From an uncultured Candidatus Saccharibacteria bacterium (GTDB taxonomy: Bacteria > Patescibacteriota > Minisyncoccia > Phycocordibacterales > JAACPR01), in NCBI GenBank assembly GCA_964618845.1, contig CAZUCU010000001.1, forward strand, positions 468 through 64,467: a DNA stretch of 64,000 nucleotides, in the 5' to 3' direction. Each line of letters begins with the position of its first letter. Positions within the stretch are counted from its first letter, which is position 1. A program made the translations under genes and the position numbers. This document shows, in pieces, positions 1 through 9,354 of this stretch. Under the pieces are notes generated by a model. The model was not told the origin of the DNA, ran no database searches, and saw only the letters and a program-made list of their open reading frames with translations.

Positions 1-24
1 AGTGTTAGAAATCACATTCATTTT

Positions 25-708
25 ATGTTAGTTGTTGGAAATGAATTCAAAAAAAATAAAGAAGACGATTTTTTTGTCCACAGGTGGACAGTTGACGGTG
101 ATTTATCTTTTAAAATTGAGGAAGCGATTAAGAATTTATACAAATCGCTTTCCATAGATCAAATTATTTCGGAATCAGAAATAAATTCTGCTTTTCTAAA
201 TTATTTACACGACATTGATATTAAAAATAAAAATGAAGAGATTTTAAAAAATTGGTTAAATCTTTCTAAGAAAATAAATAAAAACCCGTTAGGTGAATGG
301 GGTAGAGCAGACTCACCAAACATTAATGTAAAAGGAATTAGAGACTATGCTTACTTAATAATTAGAAGACATGGTTCACCAATACATTTTAGAGAAGTTG
401 CGGATCAAATAAATAAAATTTTTGCAAAAAAAGCACACGTTGCAACTTGTCATAATGAGCTTATAAAGGATCCGAGGTTTGTCTTGGTTGGGAGAGGTTT
501 ATATGCTTTAAAAGACTGGGGCTATGCTTCTGGAGTTGTAAGAGATGTTATTAAAGAAATTTTATTAAAACATGGGCCTTTGAGTAAGGAAGAAATTATT
601 AATAAAGTTTTGAAGGAAAGATATGTAAAAGAAAATACTGTTTTAGTAAATCTACAAAATCCAATTCATTTTAAAAAAGACAAGGATGGAAAATATTTAG
701 TTGTTTAA
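25..708 (+). CDS. Hypothetical protein with a probable HARE-HTH-type winged helix (RNA polymerase delta-like / restriction-enzyme-associated HTH). The N-terminus may extend upstream of the window.
   Basis: 227-aa ORF. A segment RRHGSPIHFREVADQINKIF resembles the HARE-HTH core. No other motif recognised. Confidence 0.4.
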   Translation: MLVVGNEFKKNKEDDFFVHRWTVDGDLSFKIEEAIKNLYKSLSIDQIISESEINSAFLNYLHDIDIKNKNEEILKNWLNLSKKINKNPLGEWGRADSPNINVKGIRDYAYLIIRRHGSPIHFREVADQINKIFAKKAHVATCHNELIKDPRFVLVGRGLYALKDWGYASGVVRDVIKEILLKHGPLSKEEIINKVLKERYVKENTVLVNLQNPIHFKKDKDGKYLVV

Positions 709-749
709 AATCTGTATCTCTTAATTTCTATCTGTTATAATATACTCAA

Positions 750-2009
750 ATGGAAATTGAATTAGGAAATTTATTTGCTGATACTTTTGATTTTATCTTT
801 TTCATATTGCCAATAGCTTTACCTATTATTTTAATTTGGATTAGTTTTGATTTTTTTATTGAATATAAAAGAAAAAAATTTTTAAATTCTTTAGAGTGGA
901 TTTTATTGGAGATTGTTCCTCCTGCTGATGTCAAAAGATCACCTATGGCAATGGAGTTGTTTCTTTTGGCGTTGTATCAAACATCGGGTGAGGGTGATTG
1001 GTATGCAAAATATATTGAAGGAAAATTTAGAAGTTGGTTTTCTTTGGAATTGGTTTCTTTGGGTGGGGTAGTAAAATATTTTATTAGAACAGAAAAGAAA
1101 TACAAAGTTATAATAGAAACAGGATTATATGCACAATTTCCAGGTATAGAAATATATGAAGCAAAAGAAGATTATACAGATGGTTATTATTATGACGAAA
1201 ATAAATTTGAACTATTTGGTTTTGAACTTAAACTCACTAAAGCGGATCCGTATCCAATTAAAACTTATGTTGATTATAAATTAGATTCTGAGCAAGAAGA
1301 TGAATTTAAGGTTGATCCAATTTCTCCTGTTTTGGAATTCTTAAATGCTGTTAAACCAAAAACCAATGTATGGATGCAAATAATAATTAGAGCACACAAA
1401 GAAGAAGATTTAGATACAGATAAATGGTTTCCTGCTTTATCCAAGAAAAAAGACAATTGGAAAGAAGAAGCTAAAGATGAAATCAAAAAAATTAGAGAGG
1501 AATCCTTTTTTGAAATAGAAGAAGGGAGTGGCGATAAAAAAACTAAGAAAAAAAGCGCACAACAAACCCCGGGGCAAAAAGAAACTATCTCTGCTCTTGA
1601 AAGAAGCATCTCTAAATTTGGTTTTGATGTTGGTATAAGAATGATTAATATTTCTGCAAAGGAGGATTTTGACAAAGGAAATAATGCAGGAATGCTTGGT
1701 TCTTGGAAACAATATAATTCTCCCAATCTAAATGGCTTTAAACCTGGTTATATTACTGATTTTGATTGGTGGTATCAGGATCCATTTAAAAAGAAATTAA
1801 AAAAAATTAAAAAGAATATATTAGAAGCTTATAAAGATCGAAATTATTTTTGGAAGAGAAATTATAAAGGTGAAAAAAGACAGCACTTTGTTTTGAATAC
1901 CGAGGAGCTTGCAACAATATATCATTTTCTTGGAAGGGTTACAGAAGCTCCTTCTGTTGCAAAAGTAGAAGCACGGAAAGTCCCTCCTCCTAATAATTTG
2001 CCGATATGA
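750..2009 (+). CDS. Hypothetical membrane protein: N-terminal TM helices and a Lys/Glu-rich C-terminal region.
   Basis: 419-aa uninterrupted ORF in an AT-rich genome where stop-free runs are rare. Hydrophobic segment FFILPIALPIILIWISF. Preceded by a TCTGTTATAATA promoter-like motif 7 nt before the ATG. Confidence 0.5.
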   Translation: MEIELGNLFADTFDFIFFILPIALPIILIWISFDFFIEYKRKKFLNSLEWILLEIVPPADVKRSPMAMELFLLALYQTSGEGDWYAKYIEGKFRSWFSLELVSLGGVVKYFIRTEKKYKVIIETGLYAQFPGIEIYEAKEDYTDGYYYDENKFELFGFELKLTKADPYPIKTYVDYKLDSEQEDEFKVDPISPVLEFLNAVKPKTNVWMQIIIRAHKEEDLDTDKWFPALSKKKDNWKEEAKDEIKKIREESFFEIEEGSGDKKTKKKSAQQTPGQKETISALERSISKFGFDVGIRMINISAKEDFDKGNNAGMLGSWKQYNSPNLNGFKPGYITDFDWWYQDPFKKKLKKIKKNILEAYKDRNYFWKRNYKGEKRQHFVLNTEELATIYHFLGRVTEAPSVAKVEARKVPPPNNLPI

Positions 2010-2986
2010 AAATTATAAAAATTTCAAAAATAAAAAATTTATTTTTGAAAAATAAAAAAGAAATTTTTTTTGTATTTTTGTTTTTAGTATTATTTTTTTG
2101 GATTTATATAACTGATATTCCAAATGGTTTTAAACCAAACGTTGTAATAATTATAGAAGAAGGAGAGAATTTAAAACAAGTAGCCGAAAAGATAAAAGAA
2201 AGTAAATTGATTAGATCTAAGACACTTTTTAATATCTTTTTAATTTTGCAAAACAAAGATAAAAATATTGTTTATGGAGAATATTTATTTGACAAACCAA
2301 GTAGTGTTTTTGAAATAGGAAAAAGAATTACAAATGGGTTTTTTGGGTTTCCCTCCAAAAGTGTTACCCTGAAAGAAGGTTTTACCTTAAAACAAATGGC
2401 TTTTGTTTTAGATAATAATTTTCCCCACTTTGATTACGATTTATTTTTGGAAAAAACCTCTGGTTTTGAAGGTTTTTATTTTCCTGATACCTACATATTT
2501 CCAGAAAATATAAAGACAGAAAAAGTAATCGAAACAATTCAAAATACTTTTCAACAAAAGATGACTGAAATAGATCCACTACTTGTTGAATCAAAAAATT
2601 CTTTGGATGAAATAATTATTATGGCTTCAATTGTTGAAAAGGAAGCAACAGCAGATGGTAGACAAGAAGTAGCTAATATTCTATGGAAAAGAATTGAAGA
2701 AAAAATGCCTCTTCAAGTCGATGCTAATTTTGTGTATTCAATTGGAAAAAATACTTTTGAATTAACAAAAAATGATCTAAAAGATAAAAATAATCTTTAT
2801 AATTCTTACATTTATTTGGGGCTTCCACCAACTGCAATATCAAATCCAGGATTGGAATCTATAAAGGCGGCGGCAAACCCACAACCAACAGAAAATCTTT
2901 TCTTTTTGACAGGAATGGATGGGGAGATGTATTATGCCAAAACTCATGAAGAGCATATAAAAAATAAACAAAAATATTTGAATTAA
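2006..2986 (+). CDS. mltG: Endolytic murein transglycosylase MltG (YceG family)
   Basis: N-terminal TM. A YceG-like C-terminal region with the LPPTAISNPGLESIKAA segment typical of the MltG catalytic domain. 326 aa. Confidence 0.75.
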   Translation: MKIIKISKIKNLFLKNKKEIFFVFLFLVLFFWIYITDIPNGFKPNVVIIIEEGENLKQVAEKIKESKLIRSKTLFNIFLILQNKDKNIVYGEYLFDKPSSVFEIGKRITNGFFGFPSKSVTLKEGFTLKQMAFVLDNNFPHFDYDLFLEKTSGFEGFYFPDTYIFPENIKTEKVIETIQNTFQQKMTEIDPLLVESKNSLDEIIIMASIVEKEATADGRQEVANILWKRIEEKMPLQVDANFVYSIGKNTFELTKNDLKDKNNLYNSYIYLGLPPTAISNPGLESIKAAANPQPTENLFFLTGMDGEMYYAKTHEEHIKNKQKYLN

Positions 2987-2992
2987 ATTCAA

Positions 2993-4078
2993 ATGGATAT
3001 AGAAAATAAAAAAGTTTTAGTAGGTTTATCGGGAGGAGTAGATTCGTCTGTTGCTTGTTTGTTGCTCAAAGAACAAAAATATTCTGTAGAAGCTGTATTT
3101 ATTAAAGTTTGGCAACCTGATTTTATTGAATGTAATTGGCGAGAAGAGATGCGAGATGCAATGCGAGTTTGTATTCAGCTTCAAATCCCTTTTCATTTTT
3201 TAGATTTAGAAAAAGAGTATAAAAAGAGGGTTGCGGATTATTTTATAAACGAATATAAAGCAGGTAGGACCCCAAATCCAGACGTAGTATGTAATAAATA
3301 TATTAAATTTGGTCACATGTTTGATTATGCTAAAAAAAATGGATTTGATTTTGTGGCTACAGGACATTATGTTAGAAATCTAAAAAATAAACTTTTTCGT
3401 GGTAAGGATTTAGACAAAGACCAAAGTTATTTTTTGTGGTCGCTTACCAAAAAAAGATTAAATAAGATTTTGTTTCCAGTAGGAGATTTAAATAAAGAAG
3501 AAGTTAGAAAAATTGCAAAAAAACATAATTTATTCAATTCTAAAAAAAAAGATTCGCAGGGTATTTGTATATTGGGCCCAATTAATATGAAAGATTTTTT
3601 AAAAAAATATATTGATGTCAAAAAAGGTGATGTTTTAGATAAAAGTGGTTCAATTATAGGAACGCACGAAGGTGCAATTTTATATACTATTGGTGAAAGA
3701 CATGGATTTACAATCGATAAAAAACATAAGAGTTCGAGTGATAAAACCCTGTATGTAATAGAAAAAGATGTGGCAAAAAACATAATTATTGTTTCAACGA
3801 GAAACGAGAAGCGAGAAGTAAGAAATATTGAATTGAAAGATGTTTCGTTTATAGATAAAGAAGTTGAGGGAGAAATAGAAATTCAAACAAGATATAGACA
3901 AAAGCCACAAAAAGGAATTTTATTAATAGATAAAAGGGAGAAGCGAGAAGTAAGAAGTAAGAAGTGGAAATTAGAAGCAAATTTTGAAGAAGACCCAGCC
4001 GTTGGGCAATCTGTTGTTTTCTATAAAGGCGATGAGTGTTTAGGTGGAGGAATTATAGATAAAATATTTTTTGAATAA
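2993..4078 (+). CDS. mnmA: tRNA-specific 2-thiouridylase MnmA
   Basis: PP-loop motif VLVGLSGGVDSSVA at the N-terminus. Conserved GHY and cysteine-containing segments of MnmA. 361 aa. Contains in-frame insertions derived from GAGAAGC repeats (EKREVRN and REKREVRSKK). Confidence 0.85.
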   Translation: MDIENKKVLVGLSGGVDSSVACLLLKEQKYSVEAVFIKVWQPDFIECNWREEMRDAMRVCIQLQIPFHFLDLEKEYKKRVADYFINEYKAGRTPNPDVVCNKYIKFGHMFDYAKKNGFDFVATGHYVRNLKNKLFRGKDLDKDQSYFLWSLTKKRLNKILFPVGDLNKEEVRKIAKKHNLFNSKKKDSQGICILGPINMKDFLKKYIDVKKGDVLDKSGSIIGTHEGAILYTIGERHGFTIDKKHKSSSDKTLYVIEKDVAKNIIIVSTRNEKREVRNIELKDVSFIDKEVEGEIEIQTRYRQKPQKGILLIDKREKREVRSKKWKLEANFEEDPAVGQSVVFYKGDECLGGGIIDKIFFE

Positions 4079-4082
4079 ATTT

Positions 4083-4706
4083 TTAGGTTCTCGGATCTGT
4101 TTTTTTCCATTCAATAATTTTTCCAGCTTTTATTTCCATTTTATCTGCTTTCCTTAAAAATTTTTTATTTTTTGGGGGGTAAAATCTTTTATGTGGACTT
4201 TTCTCTAATGCCTCTGCAATCTCAAAAAGTTCTTTTTTACTTGTTATCCACTTAGTTCCAAACCTTCTCATATCAAAGGGTAAAGAATAACTTTCTAAAA
4301 TTTTTTTACCGGTTTTGATATCAAAATATTCATGAAAATAAGAAAGTGCTAATTCTCTGATTGTCTTATAAACGGGATCACGAAATCGAAGAGTCGCATG
4401 ATTAGTTTTGCTTATTGCTCCCCAATGTCCATTTATCTTATAAATAGCCAAAGTATGGTCATCTCCACAATCAGATTTTAAGTCTAATATATAAGATTTT
4501 TGCTTATTAATCCAAAAACATAAAACAGCAAACATTGCTCCCTCCAAACAATGCGCTTTATTTTTTTGGAGAACTCTTTGGGGTGACATATAAGTTTCAC
4601 CATCTTTTTCCCAATTTATTGGTATGGTATCCAAAAAACTTTGAATTTTGATCGGAGTATTTATTTTTTTTAAAATTTTAATTTCTTCTTTTGTAAGTCC
4701 AAACAT
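4083..4706 (-). CDS. Putative transglutaminase-like cysteine peptidase domain protein
   Basis: Cys-His-Asp arrangement resembling the TGc core: KAHCLEGAMFAV, GDDHTLAIY, RFRDP. Confidence 0.4.
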   Translation of the reverse strand: MFGLTKEEIKILKKINTPIKIQSFLDTIPINWEKDGETYMSPQRVLQKNKAHCLEGAMFAVLCFWINKQKSYILDLKSDCGDDHTLAIYKINGHWGAISKTNHATLRFRDPVYKTIRELALSYFHEYFDIKTGKKILESYSLPFDMRRFGTKWITSKKELFEIAEALEKSPHKRFYPPKNKKFLRKADKMEIKAGKIIEWKKTDPRT

Positions 4707-4745
4707 ATATTGATGTTAACAAAAAATCATTTATACTAAAAGTCC

Positions 4746-5144
4746 ATGAAAAAATATGAGCCAAAGAATTTTAAGCTAAAAGTAAAGAAATCAAAAACCG
4801 GACTTGGTCTTTTTGCTGATGAAAATTTATCAAAAGGTCAATGTGTAATTGAATATGTTGGTAGAGAGATTTCTGAAAGAGAAAAATATACAAGTAGAAG
4901 TAAATATTTATTTGAAATAAATTCAAAGATAACTATTGATGGGCAAGATAGAAAAAACAAAGCTAGATATATTAATCATTCTTGTCGCCCAAATTGTGAA
5001 ATTAAAATAAAAAATAAAAAAATCTTTGTAATGTCTCTTAAAAAAATAAAAAAGGGAGAAGAATTAACTTATGACTATGGAGAAGAATATTTTGATGAAC
5101 ACATAAAACCCAAAGGTTGTAGATGTTGCAAGTGTTATAAGTAG
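4746..5144 (+). CDS. SET-domain protein (putative protein-lysine methyltransferase)
   Basis: Canonical SET motifs INHSCRPNC and ELTYDYG. Cys-rich post-SET tail CRCCKCYK. 132 aa. Confidence 0.8.
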   Translation: MKKYEPKNFKLKVKKSKTGLGLFADENLSKGQCVIEYVGREISEREKYTSRSKYLFEINSKITIDGQDRKNKARYINHSCRPNCEIKIKNKKIFVMSLKKIKKGEELTYDYGEEYFDEHIKPKGCRCCKCYK

Positions 5145-5167
5145 AGAGGTTGTTTTTTTCTATTTTC

Positions 5168-5176
5168 TGTTATAAT
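5168..5176 (+). promoter_or_regulatory. Extended -10 element TGTTATAAT, 8 nt upstream of the ATG at 5185 (leaderless-type promoter)
   Basis: TGnTATAAT consensus match. Part of the recurrent TCTGTTA(A/T)AATA motif. Confidence 0.5.
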
Positions 5177-5184
5177 AGCCTTGT

Positions 5185-5661
5185 ATGAAGAAAGGCGTAT
5201 TTATTTTCGTTGTTTTATTAATAATTTCGATTTTATTTATAATTTTTTCTCTATTAAAATTTCAAAAAAATAACAAATTAGAACCCGTATCTAGAGAGGA
5301 AGTACAAAACATCACCGAGGAAGAACCATTTGAATCTTTGGTTGTTAAACATCAATATAAAGATAACAAACATATTTTTGTTGGGGATTTACAATTACCA
5401 ACACCCTGTCATGAATTTGAAGTAAAGATTGAAGACACAAATGACCCAAATATTAAAAATATAAATTTTTTTACTAAACAAAATAATGAACAAGAAACTT
5501 GCGCTCAAATAGTAACACCAAAGGCTTTTCGTATTGAATATACAGGACCGGAAAATTTAGAATTTAAAGCTTTTATAGACAAAATTCCACGAAGATTAAA
5601 TATTTTTAATTTAGCACCAGATGTAGATATTGATGAATTTGAATTATTTATAAAGGGGTAA
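5185..5661 (+). CDS. Hypothetical membrane-anchored / secreted protein
   Basis: N-terminal hydrophobic segment VFIFVVLLIISILFIIFSLL followed by a hydrophilic domain with two Cys. 158 aa. Confidence 0.5.
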   Translation: MKKGVFIFVVLLIISILFIIFSLLKFQKNNKLEPVSREEVQNITEEEPFESLVVKHQYKDNKHIFVGDLQLPTPCHEFEVKIEDTNDPNIKNINFFTKQNNEQETCAQIVTPKAFRIEYTGPENLEFKAFIDKIPRRLNIFNLAPDVDIDEFELFIKG

Positions 5662-5664
5662 ATT

Positions 5665-6501
5665 ATGGAAGTAACAAAAAGAGATGGTACAAGTGAAGAA
5701 TTTAATGAACAAAAATTTTTGAATTCTTTGGAAAAAGCTGGTTTCTCAGATTTAGAAATTAAAATTGCCTTAGAAAAAACAAAGGAATCTTTATACGATG
5801 GTATTACTACTGATTTAATTTATGAAAAAGCATGGGAAACATTAAAAAATATCCAAAATGTTGAACCCATTGTTAAATATTCTCTTAAAAGAGCAATTTT
5901 GGAACTTGGACCTTCTGGTTTTCCTTTTGAACAGTTGGTTGCAAAAATCTATCAAGAATTAGGTTATAAAACCTTAACCGGAATTATGCTTGAAGGAAAA
6001 TGTATAGATCATGAAATAGATGTTATCGCTTATAAAGAAAATGAGCTACTTTTGATTGAAGCTAAATTTCACAATGAACAGTCTATGAAATCTGATACTA
6101 AGGTTGCCCTTTATGTAAAAGCACGTTTTGATGATCTAATTAATATAAAATTTGATATAGACGGTAAAAAAAGAAAGATGACAAGAGGGGTTTTGATTAC
6201 CAATACTGGATTTACTAATAATTCTAAAAAATATATAAAATGTGTTGATACTTTTGATATGATAAGTTGGTCTTATCCAAAAGATCAGGGTTTATTAAAG
6301 ATGATAGAAGATCACCACATTCATCCAATTACTTCCATTCCTAAATTATCTCAAAGGGAAAAGGGAGAGTTAATAGAAGCAGGATATATTTATTGTAAAG
6401 ATATTTTGAAAAATCCAAACATCCTTGATCAATTTAAAATTGTTGGTGAAAAGAAAAATGAAATTTTGAAATTTGCTCGAATAATTTGTAACGAAAAATG
6501 A
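5665..6501 (+). CDS. ATP-cone domain fused to an Mrr-like (PD-(D/E)xK) restriction endonuclease domain
   Basis: N-terminal VTKRDGTSEEFNEQKFLNSLEKAGFS matches the ATP-cone fold (as in NrdR and RNR). C-terminal CIDHEIDVIAYKENELLLIEAKFH has the D...E-x-K signature of Mrr_cat nucleases. Confidence 0.6.
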   Translation: MEVTKRDGTSEEFNEQKFLNSLEKAGFSDLEIKIALEKTKESLYDGITTDLIYEKAWETLKNIQNVEPIVKYSLKRAILELGPSGFPFEQLVAKIYQELGYKTLTGIMLEGKCIDHEIDVIAYKENELLLIEAKFHNEQSMKSDTKVALYVKARFDDLINIKFDIDGKKRKMTRGVLITNTGFTNNSKKYIKCVDTFDMISWSYPKDQGLLKMIEDHHIHPITSIPKLSQREKGELIEAGYIYCKDILKNPNILDQFKIVGEKKNEILKFARIICNEK

Positions 6502-8225
6502 CACATCAAAAATTGCGACAAAAATATTTTGATTTTATAAAAAACAAAGGTTTTGAAATTGTTCCGTCTGCATCACTTGTTCCAGAAAATGATTCTTCGA
6601 TTTTATTTACAACAGCCGGCGTTCAACCGCTCGTTCCATACCTTATGGGAGAAAAACATCCTAAAGGAAACAAACTTGCAAATATTCAAAAATGTACACG
6701 AACAATAGATTTAAACTCAATCGGTGATGATACCCATCTATCTTTTTTTGAAATGATAGGTTATTGGTATTTGGGAGAAAGCAAAAAAAGTCTCAAAAAA
6801 AAGGGTATAGAGACCACTTATGAAATGTTTTTTAGTAAAAAATGTTTTGGACTTGATATCAACAAAGCATATCTCACTTGTTTTGAAGGAAATGAAATTT
6901 CTCCGAAAGATGAGGAAAGTGCAAATTATTGGCAAGATTTAGGAGTTGCAAAAGAAAAAATTTTTTATACTGTTGATTCTAATTGGTGGGAAACAGGGGA
7001 AAATGGTCCTTGTGGTCCTGATAGTGAAGTTTTTTATAATATTTCGGGTGAGAATTTGGACATAAAAAGTAAAGAGGATTTTTTGAAAGCAGATAAAGAG
7101 GGGAAGATTGTAGAAATTGGAAACACAGTTTTTATGTTATTTGAAAAAAAAGATGGAAAAATTGTAGGTGAATTGAAACAACAAAATGTAGATTTTGGAG
7201 GAGGGTTTGAAAGACTTCTAATGGTTGTACAGAATAAAAATTCTGTTTACGAAACTGATTTATTTGAATCTCTTGTAAATAAAGTAGGTGGCAATAAAAT
7301 TATAGCCGATCATTTACGAACTTCTGTAATGATAATTTCTGATAAAGTTTTGCCAAGTAATACAGACCAGGGATATATTTTGAGAAGACTTATCAGAAGA
7401 ATTGTTAGATTTGCTAAAGAATTAAACATTAAAAAAGAAAAACTTCTTGAGGCAACAAATGAAATAGTTAAAATTTATAAAGGGGTATATAAAATTTTAG
7501 ATAAAAAAGAACTACATAAATTATTAGAAGAAGAAATAGAAAAATTTGAAAAAACTTTGGAAAGGGGATTAAAAGAATTTGAAAAAATGAGTAAAAATGG
7601 AAGAATCTCTGGTTATGATACTTTTATTCTTTTTACTACCCACGGTTTTCCATTTGAAATAATAAAAGAATTAGCAGATGAGAAAGGAATTTTTATAGAT
7701 GAAGAGGAATTTAAAAAAGAATTAGAAAAACATAGGAAACTTTCCAAAACCGCATCAGCCGGAAAATTTAGAGGGGGTCTTGCAGGAAATAGTGAAATTG
7801 AAATTAAATATCACACCGCGACACATCTTTTAAATGCGGCGCTTAGAAAATTTTTGGGAGATCACATTTACCAAAAGGGAAGTAACATAAACATTGAAAG
7901 ACTTAGGTTTGATTTTTCTCATAATGAAAAAATAGAAAAAGAAGTCTTGGATAAAATTGAAAATCAAGTGAACAAATGGATAAAAGAAAATATTTCAGTT
8001 GAAAAATTAGAAATGTCATACAATGAAGCCAAAAAAATGGGAGCAATTGGTGTTTTTGATGATAAATATGGAGATATTGTTTCGATTTATAAAATTGGAG
8101 ATATTTCGATGGAACTTTGTGGTGGTCCTCATGTTAAAAATACTGGAGAAATAGGGAAATTTAAAATTATAAAAGAAGAGGCATCTTCCAAAGGTGTTAG
8201 AAGAATAAAGGCCGTACTCGAATAA
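6498..8225 (+). CDS. alaS: Alanine--tRNA ligase, short form lacking the C-terminal DHHA1/oligomerisation region
   Basis: Class II catalytic core (FTTAGVQP). Editing-domain motif HTATHLL. CGGPHV near the C-terminus. Only 575 aa. Confidence 0.85.
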   Translation: MTHQKLRQKYFDFIKNKGFEIVPSASLVPENDSSILFTTAGVQPLVPYLMGEKHPKGNKLANIQKCTRTIDLNSIGDDTHLSFFEMIGYWYLGESKKSLKKKGIETTYEMFFSKKCFGLDINKAYLTCFEGNEISPKDEESANYWQDLGVAKEKIFYTVDSNWWETGENGPCGPDSEVFYNISGENLDIKSKEDFLKADKEGKIVEIGNTVFMLFEKKDGKIVGELKQQNVDFGGGFERLLMVVQNKNSVYETDLFESLVNKVGGNKIIADHLRTSVMIISDKVLPSNTDQGYILRRLIRRIVRFAKELNIKKEKLLEATNEIVKIYKGVYKILDKKELHKLLEEEIEKFEKTLERGLKEFEKMSKNGRISGYDTFILFTTHGFPFEIIKELADEKGIFIDEEEFKKELEKHRKLSKTASAGKFRGGLAGNSEIEIKYHTATHLLNAALRKFLGDHIYQKGSNINIERLRFDFSHNEKIEKEVLDKIENQVNKWIKENISVEKLEMSYNEAKKMGAIGVFDDKYGDIVSIYKIGDISMELCGGPHVKNTGEIGKFKIIKEEASSKGVRRIKAVLE

Positions 8226-8246
8226 TCCTGTCTAAATATCTAAACT

Positions 8247-8258
8247 TCTGTTAAAATA
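8247..8258 (+). promoter_or_regulatory. TCTGTTAAAATA extended -10-like motif, 3 nt upstream of the ATG at 8262
   Basis: Member of the recurrent motif family. Confidence 0.4.
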
Positions 8259-8261
8259 TAA

Positions 8262-9350
8262 ATGATGACAAAAGTTTTAGAAACCAAACTCGTTGTTTCT
8301 TTTAAAAGTTCAAGCATTGATCTTTCTGTTGTTGATTATGAAAATAAAATTCCAAGTATATTATTTACAACAAAAAATTTACTTTTGAGTAATAAACAAT
8401 TGACACCAAATGAATTTGTTGAAATTAGCCTGAAATCTTTGCAAAAAATGCTTGTAGATAATTCTTTTGAACTCAAAAAACATTTAAAAGAATCAAATAA
8501 ATGTGAGATTATTTTTCATTCGCCATGGTATTTAGCAGAGTTAATTTCAGAACAACACTCTGAGGGCAAAAAAGGATTGAAGCAATTTTTTTTGGAAAAA
8601 GTAAAACCACCAAAACAAAATGACTATTTGCAAATAGAAAATAAAATAACAAATATAATTTTAAATGGATATCAATTAACGAAATTACGAGATGTTGAAG
8701 GAGATGAAATACAAATAAATATTTATAGAAGTTTTGTCTCCCAAAGTAGTATCATAAAAATTAAAGAAATAATAAAAAATGAATTTAGGCAGTTTTGTTT
8801 TTTTGAATTTTCAACAAGTGCAATGATGATATATGAAACTATAAAAAATATTTTTGTAGATGAGGATAATTGTATTTTTATAAATATTGGTGGTGAAATT
8901 ACAGAAATTGGAGTAATTGAAGATGACATATTGGTTGATTTTATGACTATTCCAATTGGAATACATTTCTTTCAAAGAGAGCTGGAAACCTTTCTAACAG
9001 ACAAAAAAATATTGGATACCATAAAATTTTTATCAAATAACAAGACCGATGAAAATCTTAATCCCAAAAATAACGAGATGTTATCAACTACTGTAAAAAA
9101 TTGGGTAAATGAAGTTTTTGAAATTTTTTTAAATCAAAAAAAAGAATTTCCTAAAAAAGTTTTTGTTTTTACAAACTCAACAGCTGATGAATTTTTTAAA
9201 ATGATTTTTAAAAACAATGAGACATTAAAGAATTTTGAATTTTTCCACGTGATTTATGATACTTTTAGTAGTAGAATGAATATTCCAAGTAATGGAAAGG
9301 TTGATATTGAGTTTTTATTAAGTTCTTATTATTTGTCAGTCAAAAGTTAA
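8262..9350 (+). CDS. Hypothetical protein, possibly with an actin-like ATPase fold (FtsA/PilM-like)
   Basis: Segments SSIDLSVVD and IFINIGGEITEIGVI resemble the phosphate-1 and phosphate-2 motifs of the ASKHA fold. Weak. Confidence 0.3.
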   Translation: MMTKVLETKLVVSFKSSSIDLSVVDYENKIPSILFTTKNLLLSNKQLTPNEFVEISLKSLQKMLVDNSFELKKHLKESNKCEIIFHSPWYLAELISEQHSEGKKGLKQFFLEKVKPPKQNDYLQIENKITNIILNGYQLTKLRDVEGDEIQINIYRSFVSQSSIIKIKEIIKNEFRQFCFFEFSTSAMMIYETIKNIFVDEDNCIFINIGGEITEIGVIEDDILVDFMTIPIGIHFFQRELETFLTDKKILDTIKFLSNNKTDENLNPKNNEMLSTTVKNWVNEVFEIFLNQKKEFPKKVFVFTNSTADEFFKMIFKNNETLKNFEFFHVIYDTFSSRMNIPSNGKVDIEFLLSSYYLSVKS

Positions 9351-9354
9351 ATTT

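Noticed and set aside
1274-1726. Numerous antisense ORFs nested inside long genes (for example 1274-1726, 3427-3783, 9729-10061, 10353-10775, 46923-47518, 62312-63304)
   Set aside because: They lie entirely within better-supported long ORFs on the opposite strand and have low-complexity, hydrophobic or Ser/Phe-rich translations typical of shadow frames in AT-rich DNA.
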